From the NCBI GenBank assembly GCA_000708835.1, contig DF236952.1, forward strand, positions 248,001-312,000: 64,000 nucleotides of DNA, read 5' to 3'. This DNA comes from Klebsormidium nitens. Taxonomy: Eukaryota; Plantae; Klebsormidiophyceae. A program made the translations under genes and the position numbers. Below, in pieces: positions 38,031-50,900 of this stretch. The notes below the pieces were generated by a model. That model saw only the letters and a program-made list of their open reading frames with translations, was not told the origin of the DNA and did no database searches. Position 1 is the first letter of the stretch. Every line of letters begins with the position of its first letter.

Positions 38031-41000
38031 ATGGCGCTCCGCGATCCCCAATCTCCGTCTCCCTCCCTCAAGACAGCTCTCCTTCTCCTGATCGCTTCTT
38101 TCTTCCCTTTCTCTTCCCTCGCCATCTCTCCGATTCCTCCAAGCACCGACACCCTCGTTTCCCCGTCCATCAATCCAGCCGGCGCATACGATCCCGACCG
38201 CTCGGGGGTTTCCACTGACTACTCCTGCAAGAATCCGAACGGAACCTGGTCCCTTGTCACCATCAGTTCCGGGGTCAGCGGAATCCACTGGGCGATTAAC
38301 CCGGTCGTTAACACGCTGGTATTGATCGACCGATCTGACCGTGACGACAGCTACGTCAAAGACCGGAACGGCAACCAGGCGTCCGCGTCAATGCTGGATC
38401 TTGCTAACGTCACCGCGGGCCCACGTGGGCTGGACATCATAGACAACGCGTTCTGCTCCGCGGGGCAGTTCTGGCCCAACGGAACGCTGGTCAACACCGG
38501 CGGATTCAACACGGCGGACGGAAACGCCGCCGCGTTTTCCGGGGTGCGGTTCCTGGACCCGTGCCCAGGGAACGGAGACTGCGACTTCTACAACTATCCG
38601 GGTGAGGAGTTTAGGACGGTTTCAGAATGATTGACGTGTGTTGCAGGAGTGGTATCGAGTCTGTGCGCTTATGAGCATGAATCGAAGAGGTGCGTCCTAG
38701 AATCTAAATTATGTTCGTAGAGCTCTTGCCATTTGTCGTGCAAGATGATCGCTGGCCGTTGCTAGTTCAAGCGCTTTCCTGAGGTGAGTTCCTTGAATGC
38801 GTTGCGAAGCACGTGACAGTTCTCAACAAAGTAATGTGAACTTGATGATAAGTCACTTTCCGTTCGTTTGTTTGTTCCTCAGTACTCTGGAACCTACCGC
38901 CACAATTCTTGCAGTTTGAGAGCTCTTGGCGACTCTGCCGAGCTATTCAAGCGTCGTGTCATTCTGGCTGGTGAAATCAGAACCTGTTTTGAAGCTGAGC
39001 GCATTGAGATCTTGCTCGACGCCAATGCGCTCGAGGCCATTGGGCGCTTGGCACGTGCTTTCCAGAATCGCCCAGATTCCATAGGCATTTGCTTCGAGCG
39101 AGAAAGCCTCGTTCTCGCTTCACAGCTTCTTTTCAGACGGAGGTTTTCCCGCGTGTAAGGGTTTCATACTTCGCTGGAGCTTCTCTCAATCCTTTCCTCC
39201 ATGCGGGCTCATGCCTGAAAAATCCAGATGCGCTCGTCACTTTCCTGCTGCTCCTCATCAACGCTTTTGCCTTTGGAAACACCTTTGGATCTCACGCAGC
39301 CCGCGTCAAAGACTCCCAGATATGGTACGATCTTCTCTTGCTTCGTCCTTATCTGTCTCTTTCGTGATTCTTGGCTGGTGTTCTGCCAGGTGTCACTCTG
39401 CTGGCCAAGCGCTGGTACCCGTCCGCGCACTTGATGCCGGACGGCGTCCGAATCGTCGTCATCGGCGGCGCTCCCGTGGGCGATCTCGTCCTTATGCAGT
39501 TCACTAATCAGGCAAGTATGGAACGAAGTTTTGATGTCTTGTACTGATCTGCGGCTCTGTGAACTTTTTTATGTGTAAAAGGGTGCAGAAATTTGCTGAC
39601 GGTATGAAATGTCAGCCCACAGTCTGAATTCCAAAGACTTTATGACGCGTGAGAGGATGAATGTTTCTTGGATCAGCATGAAACGGATTCCGACTCACGC
39701 AAAAACAGGGACAACTGGAATTCTATCCAATTCTACCTTGACGATCCACCAGTCCACCAGGTTCTTCCCGCAGAGCCCTGTTCTCAACCCTTTTCCAGCG
39801 CGGTCGCTTGACGGAGTGACCCGAGTCACTCAGGTTTGCCTCGTCGCATTTTCTTTTCAAATACAGCCACGGTTTTTCTAATTTCTAGCGATTCCCCTTC
39901 TCCAACTTGCAGTCCTCCCCGACGTACGAAATCGTTCCGCGGACGGCCCCCGCGGACGCGCAGCTGCGGACGCTCCCCGTCCTGGTGCGCGCGTACCCCG
40001 CGCCGCTGTACCCGTTCCTGCATCTACTGCCCAACGGCTACTTTTTCGTGATGGCAAACTATTACGCCGTGCTTTACAACTTCGACACCGGGGACGAGAT
40101 CCTGCTGCCGGACATGCCGGGAAACATCACGCGGTCGTATCCGTACACTGGTGCGGACGCCTCCCGGGATCTTGCACCATTCCGTTTTGCAACGCTCGCC
40201 ATCCGTTCAAAGTCTGAAAGGAACTGTTGCAGAAACCTTCTGAAACGTTTTCACTTTGAACAGATGTGAAAAGTGTCATACCAAGTGAAAAATTTCGATT
40301 CCAAGGATTCGATGTTGTCTTGGAGAATCCAGGAGCTCGAGGGTCAGGACCGAGTTTGAAAGTCAGGAGGCCAACTGGAGGTTTTAGTTGGCCTGTTTTG
40401 TTACGCAACTTTTCCGTCTGCGAGGTGATCAGGAAGGAGGGTCATGTCGGACGCAAATTTGGACTCCATCCCGATCTGAGTCATTTCGAAGCGCGTCTTC
40501 TATTCTGTGCTCGTAGCTTTCTTTGTTCCCTCGGTCGAAAGTCAGGCAGATCGATATCGGAACTTGGGGTCAACTTGGGCCTACCTTGACGTTTTCGTCG
40601 GGTCTTTTCTTTACCTTCGCCTTGACACCCGCTCGCTCTGGCCCACCAACAACTTTCTTGGTGGGCGTTCGAGCTACTATTTCCAGCTAACCCTCAGATT
40701 CTAACCTAGCCCCTAACCGTTGTCTGCAGGCACGTCGGTACTTCTACCTATGTCGCTCGAGAACAATTACACCGCCGAGATCCTGGTTTGCGGGGGCAGC
40801 AAGTTTAACCCTAACCCGGGCCGCGACCTGCCCGCGGACGACTCCTGCGGACGTATCCGTCCGCTGGACCCTAACCCAAAGTGGGTTATGGAAACCATGC
40901 CGGACGCACGGATCGTCCCGGACGGGATCATCACGGCAAACGGACAGGTAAGTGACGCGCGCGTTTTTAAGCTACTTGGAGATGTGGAGAGTCAAAAATC

Positions 41001-43219
41001 GACTCCAGGATTTGTGTTTTTCAATGTCAATCGAGAAGCATGATCAGGTTTACTCTGCTCCTTTCACACTAGAAGCCACTGGAAAAGGGGAAAAGTCGTG
41101 ATGAGAAGTGGCTTGTACGTCTTATCTAGAAGTAGCGCTACAACTCATCAAATCGTTTCTCTCGCCCCCCTCGACGTAGCCCCTCTTCGAGCCGTTTGTT
41201 CTCAGACAGACAGCTCCATGACGTATCTGATGGCGCCACATTCTCAGAACCGACTGCTAGCAAAACGTGTCTTGAAAGGTCTGATGACGATTTCACGACG
41301 CAGCTTTCGAGCACACAAGATCTACCGGGACTTTTGGCTGCTGATCAGGCTGACTACCAGACTTGAGTCTCAAGACTATTGGACTAACAACCGGCTTTGA
41401 CCCTGTTCCAAGGCCGGTAACCGCTGATCAGATACAATTTTTGAACATGTGAACAATTTCTCACCAGCCCAGAATCTGCCCACAACTATCCCAAAAATGC
41501 CTGTAAAATCACCATTCCCGCAGATCATGATCATCAACGGCGGCCGGAAAGGCCGCGCCGGGCTCAACACCGGCCCCTCCAACATTCACGATCCGGTCTT
41601 CACACCCGCCCTGTACCACCCGGGGGCTCCCCCCGCGGCCCGGTGGAAAAACCTCGCCCCGGAAAGGCTTGCGCGCCTCTACCACGGGCTCGCGATACTG
41701 GGCCCTGACAGGTTGGTGAATTTTGAAAAGTGCCAACTGCCAGAAGCGTGAAGCTCAAAGTCGATCCAAGACGGGGATGCAAAGGTTCCCTTTGTAAGGT
41801 CGTGCAGGTTTCAGAATTTTTTCGTGATCGTTCCGGTCGTCTGGAGTTGGGGTGCAGGCCTCGATAACGTCGATAGCTCAATAATGAAAAGTCGAAGCCG
41901 CGGAAGAGAGGGGAATCCATCCCAAAAGGGCTTTGATGGATGAGCCACGTCGTCCGCTGCACTGGAAAAAATTGCTCGCCCACGAACCCTTCAAATCGCT
42001 CGCTTTGCCGGTTTGCATTAAAGCAGCAGACATCTAAACCGGGAAAACCTACCTAGCTCGCGATTGTGACAGATGAATTCTCCAACACAGGAGTTTCTGG
42101 CCTCTATTCATGGATGGTTCTGGGCTGATCATGGACTGTTTTCAAAAAGTCGTTATACATCCAACTACCAGACTTGGGCGGTAACCAGCCCTGGACCGAG
42201 GTTAAGGCCCGGTTAAGTTTGCCCAGTACCCTGAAACTCAGCCCGATGATCAGCCTGGTTAGCAACCAAATCTTCGTGTGTGCAAGTACAGCTGTCTTCT
42301 CACGGGCGGCAGCAACCCGTACGACTGCTGCGTGGGGTGTGGGCCCCAGTGCTTCGGCGCGAATTGCACTGGCGCCGACGATCTCTGCTACCCAAACGAG
42401 TTCACCATCAACAAGTTTTGCCCGCCGTACGTCTCGAGCGCGATCCCGCAGCCGCGCATCGTAGCCGCGCCCGCGACGATCGGCTACGGGCTGACGTTCG
42501 TGCTGACGTTGACGATCCGGACGAACCTGACGGTGCCCGCGGTCCGGGCGGCCATCATGAACCCCGGGTTCGGTGAGTTGCCCCGGTCTCCATTCCTCGT
42601 TCTTCTCGTTCGTTTCTTTTTTCATCATATGGCCGTTTGAGGTGCTTTCTGCGGGAGATTTGCTGCACGGTGTCGTTTGCGAGTTTGAGAATCAAACACA
42701 TGGACCTTGCATCCCACGTCACGTGGGGAATAAACCGGCTTGTTCGTCTTTCGAAGGCCTTCGAGATAAATATTTGGTGAAGGCTGTCAAGAATCGCCCA
42801 CGTCGGGTTGTCCGCACCGATGTTTGTCTGCTCGCAGAGATACACCGAAGAAGCTCTTGCATACCTGCTCCTTACTTCCATCGTCAGCGCTTTGAATGTC
42901 ACCTTGAAAATCTTCCGTCTTTGTTAATTGTCCTCTTAACTGTCAGATTGGTTTATTGCATCCGTTTGCCGCTCTCGTTCCGCCTCTGTCCTTACTCGTC
43001 TTCCGCCGGAACGCAGGAACCCACTCGCAGCACATGGGCCAGCGCTTCGTCTGGCTCGAAGTCGACTACACGACGCTCAACTATACTTCCGCCACCGGGG
43101 GGGTCACAGTCGCAGTGAGAGGACCCCCCGGGAATACAATCGCGCCCCCCGGTTACTATTACCTGTTCTGCCACGACAGCAACATCCCGTCAAACGCCAC
43201 GTGGGTGCAGGTCATGTAG
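38031..43219 (+). CDS. Secreted glyoxal oxidase-like copper radical oxidase (AA5-like), paralog 2 (7 exons, ~606 aa)
   Basis: Exons: 38031-38601, 39390-39511, 39913-40150, 40730-40947, 41524-41711, 42292-42572, 43017-43219. Intron 2 is GC-AG (CAG|GCAAGT). Signal-peptide-like N-terminus. Motifs NAFCSAG, KRWYPS, RLYHG, GTHSQHMGQR, APPGYYYLF. Colinear with paralog 1. Confidence 0.92.
42105..42270. repeat. Dispersed repeat copy in GLOX paralog 2 intron 5 (partner at ~21105-21265)
   Basis: 25-nt identity with 21162-21186 plus shared flanking motifs. Confidence 0.6.
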
Positions 43220-44992
43220 AGGACGAAGACTCGATTTTGCTGTTGTCAAAATGGTTGAAAAGAGACGTCTGTGCAGAAGCCGCTTGTGCAAGTTCAGTCC
43301 ACGAAGAGACATGATGTGATGCTAAAGTAGACTGCCGGATGTTGAAACGGTTTTCGTAACAGTTGCGGTCCAATGACCTGTCTTTCGGCCGGACAGTAAA
43401 TCAGAGACCACGTGTTGCCAGACAAAATCTACGCTGCTGGTAAACTCACATTGAAACGCAGCGCGTAGGATCCGAAGGCCTTCCAGAAAGCCTCCGCTTT
43501 AGAACGATTGACGTCGTGCCATTCAGAATATAGGCGACCGGTGAGCTTCTCGAAGAGGGCACAAAACCACTCGAGCCTGTCAGAAGTGCGGATGAGATGG
43601 ACAGGATGTTCTGTCACGAGGGAATCCCGGTCGTATCACAAGCCGTTTTTCTTTCAACGTATTGGACCACCGTGTGTCACGCGCTCACACAAGACCCCTT
43701 CAGCAATGAGTGCCGGCAGGACCTACGTGAGTCAGCAACTGGAAAGATAAAATAAGGATGCATACTTGAACCACCCAGTGGCGGCAACCCACGCTCATGA
43801 CTCTATGTGGGCATATACTCAATCTTCAATCCATCTGTTCAAGCTTGAACACGCTCACCACAACCGTGCCAGCAAACCACAAACGTATAGATCGAGCCCG
43901 CATCTATTGACCAGAAGCACTCGTAACGATGGAGAGCGTTTCTCAGGTACCATTGTATAAGTTCAACCCCAGTTTGAAATTGCCGGCATATAACAACTGC
44001 ATGATCGCCCGGCGTCACATATTCCTCACCGAGTCACCGATTTTCGCTACTAGGTATTCATGCTTGCAACTGATTGGCCGCAAAATTCAGGTCTGCGGCG
44101 GAAAAGGATTTGATGGGCGTACTCGGAGAACTTCACGCATCGGTTGAAATCTTCCTCTAGCTTCAATCATGCATATGCAGATGCAGAATGGCGAGGCTCT
44201 AGGCGGCAATTACAAGTGTCCCCATGTAACAAATAAACCGGCCAGTCACTTCCCGCATTATTCCTACCTTGTTCAAAAGCGACGGGCAGCAATCAGGGCA
44301 GCCTCTCAGAAGAGCTCGCGGTCTAAGAGGACCGGCCCCCAGTGGATCGAAATACTTAACGGTGTGATTGCAAATGATGTAATGAAGTGTCGAATAAAAG
44401 TTCCTCACATCTCGACCATTGCAGACCGTTACGTAATCCTTGATTTGAGTCTTTGAGTACGTCAGCACGAGCGTCTAATTCGAACTTGGATGGCGGTCTT
44501 TGATTGCCGCCATCCAATCAATGGATCACGTTACCATATAACCGTATCGCGTTTCACTGTCTCATGGAGAGTTTGTCTAAGGGAATCGATGAACGACTGC
44601 TGCGCTCCGCTTAATACTGAAAGCTATGCTTGTATAAACTGAAGCTTGCCAACACTTTGAGTCCTCTGTACAGATGCGAAGTCCGGCGGTTGCACGACAC
44701 ACTGTCTATGCTTATTGCGGTTGTTGATCTTTCAAAGAATGTGGCCGCGCGCGAGTAGGGGGTCTGAGTGGAATCCTAAGCTTCAGCCCATCGACTATAT
44801 CCAATACTTGACCCAATATCTGACCCAATATTTGACGTCAAAATCGAAGTATCTATGACGCTTGTCTTGCAAGTGAAGCGCGGCGAGAGTCGGTCGAAAG
44901 CCTCGTCTAAGCTTTGGAAGTCGGCTTGTATGCGCGTGGTGTTTGGTCACTAAGACAACGTTGTCGATTGTACCACTTTGCCGTCGACCGCT

Positions 44993-47900
44993 TCAGAAGC
45001 CCTTCCGGAAACACATCACCTGCAACGAAAAGGAACGAAACGACAATGAATTGCGGAGGTCGGAACGACAAGCAAAAATGCCAGGAATACGTCCCTGGCG
45101 ATCCGTCCTGAACAGGATAGTGGCCAACAAGCCCTCAAAGTGGGGTGGCCTAAGGATCCAGGCAATCGGCATTGTTTGATTTCGAAGGGGCAAACGTGTG
45201 GCTGATAAACCATGCAGCGAAGTAGTGGTCGGTTTTCTGCAAGAAGTGCCTGTCTTGCAAATGGATGCTACAGTGAGGTCAACTTGCCCAGGGCGGTCCA
45301 AAAACATAAACATAAACTTCTCGTCATTGATGCAACCAAGGCAACCTCGAGAGAGTAGCGTCGGAAGACCTGCGACTCGAGACCTCAGACGACCAATATA
45401 AAGCCTCGTGGATCACCTGTGACTGGTCCAAAGGCATGGTAAAAACCGTTTTCAAGACCACCCCAAAGACGAAGACCTTTCAACCAGAAGCCAGGCTTTA
45501 GGCATGCCTCTGGCCATCTGATTCACCTCATGCTGAGCTTCCCATCTTAACAGCGCTCCAAAGAAGGGGACTCGGATTCGCTCTGAGGTTTCGTCCCCCC
45601 CAGAACCTTTTTTCCTCCAAATTCCTGATAACAAGTCGGAGCGGGCGACCTTGCCTTGGTTAAATGTGCCAGGATGGTCGCCTCGTGGCCCAGGCCCGAG
45701 GCCGCGAACATGGGCTTGAAGTCGGCGCGGAAGAAGCTCGAGAAGTACGGCTCGTGGAACATGCGGTTGAAGATGCCCGCCGCCTGCGCTATCTCAGGGC
45801 GGTCGCCGTCCTGCAAGCCAAAAGCTCACGTGTTTCCGGCGACCAAACACACGAGGGCGTCAAACTGGTTGAGATCCGTGGGTCTATTGAAGAGGGCGTC
45901 GGGGGGACCGGTCCCCCTGACGTCAGCCGCGTACGCTGAATTGGTTCGCACGGCGAGTTTGCCCGCGTGACGTTGGTTTTGAAAACCGGTGTGGGCCCGA
46001 ACTGCGCGGCGTGCGGAAAAAGAGAAAAGGTTGTTTCGACCGAGCTTCGATTGCTCGGTTAAAGTTGAGCGCACTCCCCAGTTGGGCTATTTTGTGCATC
46101 CAAGTTGGTCGGCAATTCACGAGTCGGGTCGGTATATGGAGTCTGACGCTCTCATTGATGCGGCTGGACACGCCCGCCGCCTGCGTCATCCCGGGGCGGT
46201 CGCCGTCCTGCGAGCCAAAAGCTCAGCCATTTTTGGCGACCAAGCACCCAAGGGCACTTAAAATTTCTGATATCTGTGAGTGGTTAAGATGCGGCTGAAC
46301 ACGGCCGTTGCCTAAATTGTTCCAGGGCGGTCGCCGTCCTGCTAGCCACAAGCTCAGCCGTTTGTGGCGACCAAGCACCCAAGGGCACTCAAAACCTCCT
46401 GGATTATTCTAGGATTTTAGATGCGGTTGAAGTTGCCCGCCACCTGCGCCACATCGGGGCGGTCGCCGTCCTGCAAGCTGTTTGCGGCGACCGGGGCAGG
46501 AAAATATTTGGATTCTCCGCCCCGCTGGAAACTTCTGGGCGGCTTAAAGGGGCTGACAATGCCCGGCTTTTTCGTGGTCGCCGTCCTGCAAGTCGAGAGC
46601 CCACGTGTTTGGGGCGACCGGTCATTAAGTCGACAAAGAAGCTGAGGATTTTCAGAAGCTCTGAACGCGTCCGTTGCAAAGCGGTCGCCATTTGCAGGCC
46701 GAGGGCTCACATGTTTTGGGCGACAAAGGGCCGGAACTTTCTGGACGTCTAACTGGGGCTGACATGCTCGGCCCTTCCGCAATTGTGGGGCGGTCGTCAA
46801 TATGTGGGTCGCGGGCGGACTTTTGAGTTAGAGTGACAGCGGCACAGAGGAGCTGCCTGCGAGCTCGGTGCATACATCCCAAATCAGGAGGAAACAAGTG
46901 AAACCATGATGGGCTAGCTGGTAAGAAGATACAGAATTCTGATGTGATTGCCAATGAACTTAGCTTTTATTTCAGCATAACCTCGTGCAAAACCGTCCAT
47001 CATGAATCCTGGGTCCTGCTTTTGGTTCAGACAATTAGGACAGGAATTCCAAACCGCCAAGGGATCAGAACCATCGCTAAATCTAGTAAAACCTCGCCAA
47101 AAATCCACACATCGTGTGCCCAGAGCAAACAGATAATCTACGGCAGATTCCAGGACTCCGTGTTCGGTTCATTTGGTCACACTGTCACCGAGTCGTTTCA
47201 GCAATTAGGGTAGTCCAGGCCCCCGAGGGGCCTCTCTCCTTGCGAAGGCGCAGTTTTCGGACCTGAACTCATGAGGAAAGTGAGAGACGCGGCCGGAAGA
47301 GAACGAACGTCTTTACCTGTGTCGCGTCCGCCCAAATAAAGATGCCGCCTGGCTTCAGAACCCTCGACACCTCTTGGGCCACCGCTTGACGCGCGTTGGG
47401 AGGGAGCTCGTGGAAGAGGTAGACGCACGTGACCTGCAATCAGGCACGGGGGCCGACACATGAAGGCCTGGGATAATGCAAAACCAAGGGCTTGCGACAG
47501 CAGAGCCTACTTTTTATCGAGGTAGCATACGCTTATATAGGGGAAAGCTGCAGCAATTGTTCGTCCGTCCTCTTTTTCAACAGCCAAAAGGCGCTTGAGA
47601 GCCAAAAGCCAGGTAGTACGGGAAAGGACACAGCACACAATTGAGATTGCGCAGCTGCTCTGAAGCTGATGAGGTCACAGGCAGCCGACTTCAAACAAGT
47701 GGATGTTGATTTCTCAAAGCAACAAGAGACCTTTTGACAGTCCGCGCAGTACACGAACCTCGTTTCAATGGTGAAGACGTAAGTCAAGGCATGAGATCCG
47801 AAAGCCTGGACAAATCGGAAGACTCTTTACCACGTCCAAGGAGCTGTCTTCGAAAGGTAGCCGCTCCGCGTTAGCCTGGATGAACTGCGCTCGGGAAAAT

Positions 47901-50900
47901 ATCCGGGAGCCGTTTACTTTCATGTCGAATTCTGCACCCAGACACAAGAGGACGGGTCGTTTGCAAAAGCGTAAAACGCAAATCAGAAGCGTTTACGGCT
48001 AATTGCGGCGCACACAATCTCTCTTGCTTGAGCGGACAAAAGGTCTAGCCGCCATGAAACGGGTATGCGAAGCAACACACTTTGACAGCCGGAGTCAGGG
48101 ATGCTGCGGGAGCTCGATCGATGTCAAAAAGATGTGGCAGACTGTAAATGGAAGATAGCGGTTTTTTTTAACGAGTGCGCAAAGCAACAGACTTCGAAAG
48201 AGTGGTCACAGAATGCTGCGGCACTAAAACCCTAAAACGCTAAAAACCAAAGTGCTTACTCTCGAAGTACCCCATGTTCGCCTCAGCGGTCTTCAAGTAG
48301 TTGGGGCTCAAATCAACCTGCAAAAAGAGAGGAGGACTTGTTGGGCTCTTCGGTGGAGTGAACTTAAAAGAGGTGCGGAGCCATCACTTCCGGTTAAGGC
48401 CACTAGTCAAAGAATCGCGATGCCTCGAGTTGTCTCGTAGTGAGAAGTGTGCTCTATTTCACACAGGTCTGCAGATTTTTTCGTTAAATACTTCATGGAG
48501 CCGAAGTCGGAAAGCCTGATATGGTGCAAACGCCGTAACCCTTAGCCTTCAGATGGCGAAGTAATGCGGGCATGAAAGGCATGGGAAGATGCTCTAATTG
48601 CCTGTCTCTAACCCCTTCCCAGCTTTTGAATTGTCACGGCTGCTGAGGTTCTCCGCAGATCAGAAAACGGGTCCTGAGAGTTAGCTGCGCCAAGAAAGCG
48701 GTTTGCGCTGGTCACGTTGACTCTTGAATTCAAGCGATTGGCAAACACACCCTAGACGCAGCGTCTCCTGACGCGAATCGCAAGCAAGTTTCTACGTGGT
48801 GAACATTCACTGCGCTCTCGCATCTCAACCAAACGTCTCTACGCTAGAAGACATTAGCGGAGCTTGTCTGACAAACCGACGGCTGTCAGTTCATCTCAGC
48901 ATTTGCAAGGATACTACCGGCGCACCTGACTTTTTATCTATCTTCACAAGATCTTCCTCACTGCGTTACTCCGCACGACAGGGCTCTTGTGCAAGAATTC
49001 TCAGACTTCGACGATATGCCAACCTCACGGGCGAGTTGAACCCAGAAAGTTTCTATCGTCGGACTTGTCTCACTCACTCCGTACGTCCGCACGGCGGGGT
49101 AGTTGTCCTTCAGGAAGGTGAGGAAGCGTCCGGTGCCGCAAGCGACGTCAAGAACGGACGTCCGGGCGGGGTCGCGGCCGCGCATGAAGTAGTGCAGCGG
49201 AACCAGCGCCTGCCGCTGCATCATGTCCTGCAGCGGAACGGAACGGAATGGAACTCAGAGGAGTGGGCGTAGGTTATGCGTGAACCTAGCGCAGGCGACG
49301 TCCAGCACGGACGTCCGGGCGGGGTCGCGGCCGCGCATGAAGTAGTGCAGCGGAATCAGAGCCTGCCGCTGCATCAGGTCCTGCAGCGGACCGGAACGGA
49401 ACGGAGCTTAGAGTATTGGGCGCAGGCCATGCATGGACAGAGCGGAATGAATGGCGCCAAGATTTTTATGAACTGCCGGCAGAGACATTATCATTGAATT
49501 GCAGCGATCTTGGCGTTTGAGGCTGACGTCAAGCAGACGTTTACGCTCTCTTCGAAGGAAGAAACACTTAGAAGCGAGCGCTGGCGATCAGCTAGAAATG
49601 CAGAAGCGAACGGCCGGCGATGCCTCAATTTGCAGGTCCTATTGAGCATACTTCGGCATTCGTACGCGGGGGTTTGCAGTGCCACACGCGCGAATCTGCA
49701 TTCGTGAGTCCGGACTCATTATCACGTGAAGTGGTCTCTAAAGGCAGTTGGTAGAGAGTGACGGGTCTTAGTACAATTTTCACCATTCCCGCAAAGCGTC
49801 AAACCCGGCGGCCGCAGCCGTCAGGCTCGACCCGGGCCGTTCATCAAACGAGCGCCGTCCACTGCCCGGAAACGAAAGATCAAACGGTCCAAACAGTGCA
49901 AAAGGCGCAGCCGTAAAGGCGGGCTAACGCCGGCAGAACCAGCAGAAGAGCGCCCATGTGATTCGTATCTGGGCTTCATCAATGAACGCTTCCGTGTTAT
50001 GCTCGTACACATGCGCCAACCTGGACCACCGTTGGATCTGGGTGATCCAACGGGCCCAGTTGCACAAAACGCATAAAAATTACCCCCAAGTCCAAACATG
50101 ACTAGCAAAAGAGCGCCCCCGGATCATACTTGGGCCTCGTAAGAGAGCGCTTGGGTGTTGTGCTCGTTCATATGCGCCGACCTGGACCACCGTTGAATCT
50201 GGGTGATGCAACGGCCCAAGTTGCACAAAACGCATAGAAATTACCCCCAAGTCCAAATATGACACAGCAAAAGAGAAGAGCGCCCACGTGACCCATACCT
50301 GGGCTCCAAAAAAGAGCGACTCCGTGCTATGCTCGTAAATTTGCGCCGACTCGTCGCTCAGCCAGCCCCCCGGCTGCCAGTGGAAGTGCTGCAAGTAGTA
50401 CGCAGGATAGCCGTCCGCTTCGCTCGCGCTGCGCACCCGTGTGTCTGCGAAACAAGCGGGCCAGGTGTCAGCTTGTCGTATGTTTTGACGCGTTTTATTT
50501 GGGTCAATTCGAGGCGTAGCAACGAGTCGGACTTCTCGCTTGCGCTGCGCACGCGCGTGTCAAACGAACGGCGAAACAAACGGCGCCCAGTGTAATTTTA
50601 TGGAATGTTTCAGTGCGTTACTTGAGTTTTCAAGGCGTAGCGACGTGAGGGTAAGAACTAGGGATAGAACCGTATTAGTAGTCAGCGAACTTCTCGTCCG
50701 TCTGGCTCGCGCTGACCACGCGCTTGTCTGCAAACTCGCGGCGCCCAGTGTCAGATTTAAGAAGGTCCGACTCCTCATAACGAGATTCTTTTATAGGCTT
50801 AGCAAAGGGTAAGAACCAGGGATAGAAGCTCCCGTTCGCCTCGCTCTCGCTGCGCACGCGAGTGTCCATTTCGAATCCGAACCAATCACTAGATGGGTGG

